From the NCBI RefSeq assembly GCF_024223415.1, contig NZ_CP100500.1: a DNA stretch of 64,000 bases; one strand, written 5' to 3'. Below the pieces are notes generated by a model that did not search any database, was not told the DNA's origin, and worked only from the letters and a program-made list of their open reading frames with translations. The translations under genes were made by a program, and so were the position numbers. How positions within the stretch are numbered: the stretch's first letter is position 1; the number at the start of each line of letters is the position of its first letter. This DNA comes from Escherichia coli (GTDB lineage Bacteria > Pseudomonadota > Gammaproteobacteria > Enterobacterales > Enterobacteriaceae). Below are positions 52,858-62,100 of the stretch, one piece after another.

Positions 52858-55800
52858 TTGTCACCTCCGGACAGATGTTGCAATGTATTTTCGTCAATTG
52901 GCCCGAATGCAACGTGCCAACCTCTGGTTGTGAATAATGGAATAAATTCTTGATTATCAATAATCAATGCCCATTTTTGTGATGGCCAGGCGAGATCGGC
53001 TTCCGCAATAATTTCACCTTCATCATTTTGCAATTCGTAGCCGAGAGTCGGCGCAGAGAGAGAATGAGACTGAAGCAACGCGATCTCTTCAGCGCTTAAT
53101 AAGCCAAACTCAATAATCTCAGCCCAACTCTCATCAGTCTCTGGTACTGCCTCTGGCGTTGCCGAAACTTTAGTGTCAACGCTTTCCTGCGGTAAATGCA
53201 CGGCTTTACGGCTGGTAAAGGTCATATCCGGCAGGAACTGTAACAGGTTTACCAGTCGCCAGAAGCCATTGAGTCCCGCTTCATAACCGTCATCCTGCGT
53301 ATAGCGATCGTCAAAACAGATATGCAAACGCAGCCAGCTGCGCATTTGTGCGACGCTGGTCGTCGGTTTAATGGCTTGTTGTGGCAACACCGAAGCCAGC
53401 TCAATAAATTGCTGCGATGAGTTACAGCTATCGAGTAAACCACCAAAGACAAACGGTTCGTCTGGCAAAAGCTCTGCTAGCCGCCAGGCTGGCGCGTTTT
53501 CCTGCATTTCATAGGCATACTTTTGTTTCGTTCCCGCGTCCTGTGACTTCTTCACATCCAACCACACCCAGGCATGTGCAGCAGCCATTCTCTGCCATAA
53601 CTGCGTTCTTCCGCCCGGATCGGCGAGATAATCCAGCAGCAGTGCAAAACTGTTGCGTTCCCGGAACGACGCTTCAAGGGCCGCAAAGTTGGTATCGTGA
53701 AACAGGTTATAAAACTTAGGCTGTTTCATATCCGGGTTATGCCCAAGTCCCAGGACATCCTGAACATGTTTAAGCCCAGGCTCTTTGAGATCGGCCCACG
53801 TGACTGTCCACACCCAGAAATTACCGCTATCCCGAATCGCCTGGCGTTTTTGCACATCCTCTGCGACGCTATTTTTGTGGAACGCAAAGCCATCAAGGAA
53901 AATAGCCACCGGTTTAATGACATCAGACTGCATAAGCGGATATAGCACGTAATCCGGGCGACAAGGGATCCCCACCGCCTCTTTAGCGCCTAAATCCACC
54001 TGAGCTTTAAGATGCCAGCTCATCATCGGTTCGCTGCGGGTGTTAATAATCCACCCAGCGCCCTGATGCGCGTAACTGCGACTGACAATCAGGTTTTTAT
54101 TTTCTTGCAGGCAGCTAATAAACCGTTTTTCCAGCTCACTGCCCATCATGGCTTCGAGGGAAATGTTTTTGATGGAATCAATTACCCGTATCGAATCTCT
54201 TGCCTGCAAAATTTTCGCCAGCAAGAGACGCGCCTGATCGCGGGAGACATACTTCATGCGCCCACGGTCACGGTAAGCGTAAACGCAACGATAACAACCA
54301 TCTTTATGCGTATCATTGTTGCAACTGCATTCCACTATTGCCTGATAGGCCAGTTCAAGTAATTTCAGCAAATTGTCGGGAGTGCGCATCAGCTCTTTAA
54401 GAGAACCAGTTCCCCCCGGGACGGTATCGTAAATCACCAGATACTGCCTCCAGGATTCGCCTTCATTTTCCGGCTCGCGGTACACAACGCCTTTCAGGTG
54501 ATCGACATTCCCCTTGAAGTAATGTTTAAGGCCGAGCTGGATCGCCGCCCCAAGAGAAGCCTCCACGACACGGTCATTACTGTAACTGCTTACCGGGAGC
54601 AGAATACGCAACGCTTCTGACTCCAGCTGGCGATAGAGATAGAGATAATCTTCGAACTTCGCCTTTTCCGGTTCCGTGCGATATTTGCAGCTCAAATCAT
54701 GACGTGGTTCATGATCGCGAGGACGCTGCACCATGCCGCACCCGAGGCAAACTTTAAACCCGGTTCGCTTCTTCGCTTCTCCGGCAATCATCAACTCATT
54801 GGCATCATCCGCCATTTTGCCGAAGTTGATATCCCGCAGGGTGACTTTGCTTAAAAATTCAAAACCAAACGGAACTTCGCCTTCCTCAATCGCGTATGCC
54901 GCCGATACATCTTCTTTTTCGAAACTAACCAATAGCTGACGCTGGAAGAAAGCAGGTTCACGGCTGTCGCTATCGTCGCTGATCTGGCTATCACGTGCGC
55001 TGGCGCGGGCATAAACCTGGCGAAGTTTCAGCAGCGTGGTTTTTTGTCCGGCATCGGCCCACCCCGGTGTGCCACATTTCGGGCAATATTTATGCTGGTC
55101 GCCCGTCTGGTCGATATTTTCGCTGTAGTTACAGTGGCTACAGATACGCCAGTTCTCCGGCTCAGAGACCTTCAGGTCTATCTGCTCAATTTCAACTTTA
55201 TGCCCACCGGCATAGAAATTATTCAGCGGAGCCAGCTCAGCCAGCGCCGTTGATGCCGGGCGTTCATATTCGAAAGTGGTGTTTTGATATTCACGCGCTT
55301 CCCCGCCTTCTTTACGCCGCCAGAGCACAGAACGTAACGTAATACCGGCTTCCGGGAAGGCGTAGTTAGGCAGCAGACCTTCATCCGTGAGGAAATTCAG
55401 CGTTTGCTTATTGTTGATTTGATTGACCAGCGCCATCAGCGCCTGCCGTTCTGAAGTCAGTTCGCGCATATCGCTGTCAAAGTTTTGATCGCGCGGCGCG
55501 TTCTCCAGTTTATCGATGCTGCGCTTGAGTTTATCGATGCGTGAGCGCAAAGATTTGCGATCTTCCACCAGCAGTTTTAACGCTTCTTCGATACGCTGCA
55601 CCAGCGAACGTTGCCCTGGCGCGCCCTGAAGATAAGACAACAGCTGTTGGCGAGTTTCTGCGGCAAGATCGGGGAAGATCGCCGTAAATTGTGCAGCAAT
55701 CTCCGCATGATGCTGTTCGATATATCGCAGTAAGTTATACGGAAAACCCGATTTACGCCCGAACTCCAGCTCATCCAGCATCTGTTTGACGTTTTTACAG

Positions 55801-58800
55801 ATAGCGGATTCTGGTACACCGGTTTTCACCCAGTTATCCATACAAAAAGCTGCCAGCTGGCGTTCGAGAATAGCCGTTGCATTGAGGAAGACGCCAGGAG
55901 CCTGCACCTGGCCCTGCATCATCTCCAGCGGTTCTTCAAAGAAAAACTGATCGTGCGGGTTCCCTTCTGCCACGGTAATGTTTAACGCGTTACCATCTTT
56001 ACGACCGGCGCGACCAATACGCTGCAAGTAGTTGGCCTGAGCAGGTGGGACAGAACAGAGTAAAACGGTGGAAAGATCGCCAACGTCAATACCCATCTCC
56101 AGCGTCGGTGTTGCCGACAACAGGTTGATATTCCACGGTTGGTTGCCGCGGTAGAACGATTTTTCGGTGGCTTCGCGATCTTCACGGCTAAGCAGCCCCG
56201 TGTGTTCTGCGCCCTGTACGCGCGCGATGTCCATGTTCTCCCAACGCCAGGTCGCCGTATTGTCGACTTCCTGGTAACGACCTTCACAACGTAAAGAGAG
56301 ACAAGGCGCATTACGCCACTGCCAGCCTTGATCGGCCGGAGCCCGGACAACCTCACGGCAACATGAACAATTAAGCTGAACGACGTCACGGCTCACCACC
56401 AGCGCCGAAGGCACCAGTCCCCAGGCTTCACGCCCTTTGGTGTCAAAATCTTTTACTACTCCGGCTATTTTCAACGCCGTAAACAGGCGTCGTAACACTG
56501 TTTCCGCAACGCTACTGATAAACAGATTATTGCCGTTACTCAGCGTGCGATTGATCCAATGCTGATACCAACTGGGGTTAGACTTCGCGCCAATCAGGCG
56601 ATGGAAACCATTAATTTTTTCAAACGACGCATAAGCCGGTTTACGCGTTTTCGGACCGATAGAAGGCATATAGCGCGAGGTACGCTCTTTTTGCGTCATC
56701 ATAAAGGTCGTGCCATCACGGCGATAACTTTCGAACGCCGGATGCATAACGGCCCCGGCCTGGCGTTGATACCAGATAACCCCCAGCGCCAGGTGCGCGA
56801 CCTGCTCGACGCTCACACCGGACATCTCATCACCCAGCTCTTCACAAAGCTGTTGATGCAGGGCGGTAATTGCCGGATTAAAGCGTTCTTTATCCACTCC
56901 GGCAACGGCATAACCGGTGGCTTCCAGCGTACGTCCGATACGCGCGCGCAGGGTGAATTCGCTGTACACCTCCCAGTCGAGGCGCAGGGAAACCAGCTCC
57001 GGCAGATCGGAGTTCTCCGCCAGTTTGCCTTCATTTTTCAGCATCTGATAATCATTCAGCCACTGCATATTTGGTGCGATGAAGTTCGCTGCAAAATGAG
57101 CATCGTCCGGTGAACGTTCACGCGTTTGTTGGCAAACACGCGCCGCGAACGCATCCAGCGGTAATGTCTCTTTTTCGCCAAGAACACTGGCGATTTGCCC
57201 ACGAATCATCAGCGGCCAGGTACGGGCAGTAAAGAAGCTGGCACGATGCGCGGCGTCTTGTACCGAGTCAGAAAACGTAATCAGCTTTTTATGTTCGTTG
57301 AACTGGCTGCCATAAAGCTGGTGAATCATCACCGCCGACAAACTGGCAGCCCGTGACCCCAGGATCGAAATCCCCTGTTTGCTGTTGCAGTACGGGCATT
57401 CATTAGCAAACTCCAGCTCGTCCTTACGCTCTTTGAGCATATCCGGGATCAGTACCTGCAACAGTTCCGTATGACCGCAATGTCCACACTGGACGCTGGA
57501 CTGTCGGTTCAGTTTCAGACAGGTAGGACACAGTTTCTGGTGTGCGCCACTGACCGCTTTTTCGTTGTTATCCGGGAAAGCAAGGACGATGGAGCGTCCT
57601 TTTTCAAAGAACTGGCGATAAATGCCGTCGAGGTCTGTTTCCAGCTGAACGCTTTGCCCATGACGCAGGCTGGCCCAGCCAGTTGCGTGGCAGTCACGGC
57701 AGTGGATAACCGGCAAATAGTGTTCGCGATCTTCCACCGCCACATCATCGGCAAACACCAGTCGGGGCGTTTTCGCCACGCTGGCGACCAGACGACGCAT
57801 CTCACGAAGCCACAACTGGGAGCGCAGTTGCACAAACGGCAGCACCGGACGCGCTTTCTTCGCCTGGAGACGTTTTTGCCGATCGTGTTCCGTTTCCGGT
57901 ACTTCGAGACGTGCCTGTGCGATCAGCGCCAGAATGCTTTGCAGCACGCGTCGGGCATGGTCGGCGCTTTCTGCCAGCATGACCTGGAGATTTTCCAGAC
58001 ACTCTCGTTCAGAGAGGATCCCGCCTTGCAGATCATGGAGTAAGACATGCATCACGCTGTGGCGGCGTAACAGTGACCCCAGCGCAATACGCTTTTCACG
58101 CCCGTCGTCGCTCTCCAGATCGTCCGGGAGTTGCAAGTCGCTGTCGGGGAACCACAAAGGGATTTGCCCGTTAAGATACGCTACCGGGGTAGCGTAACTC
58201 TGCGGGTCCAGGGCCGAAGCGACCTCCGGCCCCGGATACTGACTGTACGCAATGGCGTAATCCTGCAAGTACTCCGCTGCCGTGTAGCGATCTTCGCGAA
58301 TAACGGCGTCATCGGTAAACGGCTGGTCAAAGATTGTTTTTGCGTAATCGAGCAGTTGCCCCAGCTCGTCGCCGACGGTAGCTGATGTCCCGACGCAGGC
58401 GAATCGTTGGTTATCTACACCTATGTGATGCTTCAGACGTCGCACCAGACAGGCCAGATCCGACCCTTGCGCGCCATCAAACGTATGCAATTCATCCACG
58501 ACCAGGTAACGCAATGAACCGGGCTGGTTGTAACGCCAGAGCGGCTGATCGCCAGGGCGCATCAGCAGGTAGTCGAGCATTTTGTAGTTGGTCAACAGGA
58601 TGTCCGGCGGGCTTTCGCGCAGCGTGTGCTTGCAGGTAATGACCTTTTCTGCCGACATTTTTTTGCTGGGTTCGATTTCGCTGTCGCCGACAAACAGGCC
58701 GACGGTCACCTTGCCATGCAGTTGTGTATCGCTGGCGATGGTTTTGGCGAAACGGCTGGCCTGATCGGTTGCCAGGGCGTTCATCGGGTAGATGATAATC

Positions 58801-59195
58801 GCTTTAACCCCGGCTTGTGACGCGCCCGCGCAGTGGTTGAGCAGCGGGAACATAAAGCATTCTGTTTTACCGGAGCCGGTACCGGTAGCAACCAGCGTCG
58901 GCTGTGGCGCGTCGCTTCCCAGACGCTGAAATGCCCGGGCCTGATGCGCGTGCGGCGGGAACGGCAGCGTCAGATTAGGGAAGAAATTCAGCGGTAAGTC
59001 ACTTTTACGAAACGGCAACTGGGCGGAAAGGTATGGTCCTTTCAGCAGCGTTTCGGGCTGGGCCAGAAATTGCTCCAGCATTGAGACATTATCGTTATTC
59101 TCACCGTTAAACAGCGGACTGTTTAGCGGGAACGCCGCCCGTAAAAAGGCGGCAACGCTGTCGGCGACCTGCCGACTGACAACGGATGGCAGCAT
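52854..59195 (-). CDS. Giant multidomain SF2 (DExH, Lhr-like) helicase, 2113 aa, with zinc-ribbon/Cys clusters (DUF1998-like) and C-terminal Vsr/DUF559-like endonuclease motif; second gene of candidate defence operon
   Basis: Motif I ATGTGSGKT (58863-58883), Ia YPMNALATDQ, II VVDELH (58485-58496), V LEMGIDVGD and VI QRIGRAGR about 800 aa later; Cys clusters CSHCN...CPKCG and CSC...DGCYRC; FLDGFAFH...RQAIRDSG near aa 1740-1800 (about 53796-53978); start codon overlaps stop of upstream gene. Confidence 0.85.
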   Translation of the reverse strand: MLPSVVSRQVADSVAAFLRAAFPLNSPLFNGENNDNVSMLEQFLAQPETLLKGPYLSAQLPFRKSDLPLNFFPNLTLPFPPHAHQARAFQRLGSDAPQPTLVATGTGSGKTECFMFPLLNHCAGASQAGVKAIIIYPMNALATDQASRFAKTIASDTQLHGKVTVGLFVGDSEIEPSKKMSAEKVITCKHTLRESPPDILLTNYKMLDYLLMRPGDQPLWRYNQPGSLRYLVVDELHTFDGAQGSDLACLVRRLKHHIGVDNQRFACVGTSATVGDELGQLLDYAKTIFDQPFTDDAVIREDRYTAAEYLQDYAIAYSQYPGPEVASALDPQSYATPVAYLNGQIPLWFPDSDLQLPDDLESDDGREKRIALGSLLRRHSVMHVLLHDLQGGILSERECLENLQVMLAESADHARRVLQSILALIAQARLEVPETEHDRQKRLQAKKARPVLPFVQLRSQLWLREMRRLVASVAKTPRLVFADDVAVEDREHYLPVIHCRDCHATGWASLRHGQSVQLETDLDGIYRQFFEKGRSIVLAFPDNNEKAVSGAHQKLCPTCLKLNRQSSVQCGHCGHTELLQVLIPDMLKERKDELEFANECPYCNSKQGISILGSRAASLSAVMIHQLYGSQFNEHKKLITFSDSVQDAAHRASFFTARTWPLMIRGQIASVLGEKETLPLDAFAARVCQQTRERSPDDAHFAANFIAPNMQWLNDYQMLKNEGKLAENSDLPELVSLRLDWEVYSEFTLRARIGRTLEATGYAVAGVDKERFNPAITALHQQLCEELGDEMSGVSVEQVAHLALGVIWYQRQAGAVMHPAFESYRRDGTTFMMTQKERTSRYMPSIGPKTRKPAYASFEKINGFHRLIGAKSNPSWYQHWINRTLSNGNNLFISSVAETVLRRLFTALKIAGVVKDFDTKGREAWGLVPSALVVSRDVVQLNCSCCREVVRAPADQGWQWRNAPCLSLRCEGRYQEVDNTATWRWENMDIARVQGAEHTGLLSREDREATEKSFYRGNQPWNINLLSATPTLEMGIDVGDLSTVLLCSVPPAQANYLQRIGRAGRKDGNALNITVAEGNPHDQFFFEEPLEMMQGQVQAPGVFLNATAILERQLAAFCMDNWVKTGVPESAICKNVKQMLDELEFGRKSGFPYNLLRYIEQHHAEIAAQFTAIFPDLAAETRQQLLSYLQGAPGQRSLVQRIEEALKLLVEDRKSLRSRIDKLKRSIDKLENAPRDQNFDSDMRELTSERQALMALVNQINNKQTLNFLTDEGLLPNYAFPEAGITLRSVLWRRKEGGEAREYQNTTFEYERPASTALAELAPLNNFYAGGHKVEIEQIDLKVSEPENWRICSHCNYSENIDQTGDQHKYCPKCGTPGWADAGQKTTLLKLRQVYARASARDSQISDDSDSREPAFFQRQLLVSFEKEDVSAAYAIEEGEVPFGFEFLSKVTLRDINFGKMADDANELMIAGEAKKRTGFKVCLGCGMVQRPRDHEPRHDLSCKYRTEPEKAKFEDYLYLYRQLESEALRILLPVSSYSNDRVVEASLGAAIQLGLKHYFKGNVDHLKGVVYREPENEGESWRQYLVIYDTVPGGTGSLKELMRTPDNLLKLLELAYQAIVECSCNNDTHKDGCYRCVYAYRDRGRMKYVSRDQARLLLAKILQARDSIRVIDSIKNISLEAMMGSELEKRFISCLQENKNLIVSRSYAHQGAGWIINTRSEPMMSWHLKAQVDLGAKEAVGIPCRPDYVLYPLMQSDVIKPVAIFLDGFAFHKNSVAEDVQKRQAIRDSGNFWVWTVTWADLKEPGLKHVQDVLGLGHNPDMKQPKFYNLFHDTNFAALEASFRERNSFALLLDYLADPGGRTQLWQRMAAAHAWVWLDVKKSQDAGTKQKYAYEMQENAPAWRLAELLPDEPFVFGGLLDSCNSSQQFIELASVLPQQAIKPTTSVAQMRSWLRLHICFDDRYTQDDGYEAGLNGFWRLVNLLQFLPDMTFTSRKAVHLPQESVDTKVSATPEAVPETDESWAEIIEFGLLSAEEIALLQSHSLSAPTLGYELQNDEGEIIAEADLAWPSQKWALIIDNQEFIPLFTTRGWHVAFGPIDENTLQHLSGGDK

Positions 59196-62100
59196 CAGGC
59201 GTTCTCCTTATCTTGTGCAAAGAACGCCCAGGCCACTTTGTAGTCGTCTTCGCGATCTGGCTTGATAAACGGAGCCTGCCAGGTGACGGTGCGGCGCTCG
59301 CCTTCGTCGCTGCGGGTATAGTCATCAAAGGTGACGCTGACGGTACCGGTTTTCAGATGTTTGACATCATCCCAGCCGATGGCTTGATCGGTGCAGTCAC
59401 CGCCGGTCCACTCCGGGCTGTCGACGTTAAAGACAAAGCTGTTTTTCAGATCAGCTTTACGGGCGGTACGCGGCAGACCGACGCCCACCAGCCCTTTGCT
59501 TGGGGTAAAGATGATGCGGCCGTTTTGGTCGTACCAGGTGTCCGCTTCGTACTGGCGCATCACCGGGAACTGTACACGGTAAATGGTAAGCAGCTCTTCG
59601 AGAGTTAACCCCAGCGCCTGTGCCACCAGCACGTCGATTTCCACCAGCGCCTGACGACGACTGTAGTCGGAGCGTAAGGCGCAGTTACGCTGCCACTCTG
59701 GGGTCAGATTGGTGAAGAAATCTTGTGGCAGCAGCGGGAGATCGCGGCTCCAACGCTGGGTGTTGAAGTCTGGGGTGTAGCAGGATTGCCAGAGATCGGC
59801 GTAATCTTTCGTTAACACATTCAAAGCTAATGCTCTTGAGTTTGCACTCATTAGCTCAACATAAGGGAAGCCACGCAATGTTGATTCATAAACATCCGCC
59901 CGTCCTGTTGTTTTCAAATAAAAATCAGCCACTATTGAATGGCAAAATGCAGAGAAACTTAGCAGGTTTATTGGCTCTCTAAATGTTGTTGAGAGTACAG
60001 GGTGTATATGAGCAACGTGCTTTGGAACTATGCTGGATATCATCGAGCGTTCTGATGATGCCCCAAACATTCTCCGATTAACAAAACGATAATAATCCGT
60101 CACCTTCCTCGGCTCGTCTTCATCCTGCTCTTTCCACGAAACCCGTGGGGTGCGCTTTGCATACTCCTGTGCATCACATGCCGGAATGTAGTTAGTTCGC
60201 GGCAGGTAATCGTCGGGCAGGGTTAATAAATCAAGGCAATCATAATGGCTATTTGCCTCACAGAGAGCTCTTGGTGTCTTATTGAAAGGATTACCCACGA
60301 AGAAATGGGGACCAGACAATACCCATTGAGAAGCATCTTTTGGATACATTGTTTTACGCTCGATAGTGCCATCAATTTGCTGATTTGTTTCATGCCACAT
60401 TTCCAGAGAAAAATACTGGCCTTGCAAATCGCCTAATCGCTTCGGCTGATTGGCAAATTTTTCCAATACCGCGACAAGTTGCTCTGCGTGCAAAGCGGGA
60501 AGACGAGCCTGTAATGCTGGCGTGTCGGGTTCATCATACAAACGAGCAAATAAAGCTAGCTGCTCTTTCGTGACACGAATAAGCCTGGATTTATGACCTT
60601 TAGTATTCCATCGGCTATAGTAAACATCTTTTATATAACCTTCTTCCTTAATGCCACCAACCAATCCATCACCTGAATGCTCAAAACTCTCATCAAGAGT
60701 TGAAGGAATAAAAAGATTATTAATATTAATAAACTCCACGTCGTTCGATTTGGTCATAGAGTAAACATGTGTCCCAAATTTCATTCGACCGTGATCATTT
60801 GTTCCAACAAATAGAGAAAACTCATTTTGATATTGGCAATGTAGACGTAACCTTGGATAGATCTCTTCTCTGAAGAGCCCTCCCTTAGGATCGTCATATA
60901 CCCCCTCTGGGTGAACAAATCCTGCCACGCCTTTCTCTGCCCCCAGACGCCAGGCCTGAGGCAGGAAGCATTTATACAAGTTGGTCTGCACCCCGCGCAG
61001 TACCGGGTAGTTTTGCTGCGCATTGAGGAAGTTTTGCATCCCTTCACAGCCTTCATACTCGCTGCGCCAGGCCGCTTCCAGCGCCGGGATCTGGTTAAAG
61101 GTATCAATACGCAACGTTGCCAGCTTCGATGCACTCAGCTTACGCAGCACAAATTCCGGCTCGTAATCACCCAGCACGCCCGCTTCCTGCCATTCCACTT
61201 TCAGCCACGGCGGGTTTCCGAGCATCAGGTCAAAACCGCCGCGCTCGGCAAACAGGTCGCAGAACTCCAGATCCCAGTGGAAGAAACGGTGCTGCTTTCT
61301 CAGGGCATCGACAATCGCCAGACGCGGCAAATGGCGGAACAGCACATCGGTTTTCAGACGACCAGCAACGGAAAACAGCGAAGACTCTTCTCGCAGCAGG
61401 CCTTCTTCGGCAAACAGATCGCCAGTAGTGCGCTCCGCAACTTCAGTGACTTTTTCCGTAATCACAATCCCGTCGAGCAGGGTTTCAATCTCAAACAACC
61501 AGGTACCGCGATCCGGTAACTCATCGGCTTTGTCGATCGGCCAGAACCACAGCGCGCACCAGTAGTCCATCACCCAACGCAGCTTCTGGTAGGCGCTGTT
61601 ATCTTCAAGACGACCGCTAAAGGTTTCATCTTTACTGCTCAGCGAAGAACGCGTCTGCTCGCTGTTTTCTGCCGGCCACACCGGGTAGCTGTCGGCGGTT
61701 TTCAGACGTTCTGCTTTAAGTTGCTGGCGATAGGTGTTCCACAGTGCTTCCACCTTTTCGCTGATACGCTGCACATCAGCAATCTCATGCCCGGCAAAGC
61801 TTTTAATAAACTCTTTGCGCCAGCTGTCCAGCGCTTTGAAGTCATCCGGATAACGCTGCTTAACAGTTTTATCGCTGTAGTTAGCCATACCGCCGTCGGG
61901 CAGCAGGAAGTGGAAAATCTGCGTCTCTTCACGCGGCGTGTTCATCGCCAGTTCGACCGGCTCGCTGTTAAGCCAGCTAGGATCTTTGGCTTTTTTGTAG
62001 GTCAGTTCGCTCTTGTTGAACACCTGACGGCGCGCGCCCACCAGCGAGTTACCGCAGTGCAGCTGGTAACCAAACCACGGTACAAAGGCATCGCCACTGA

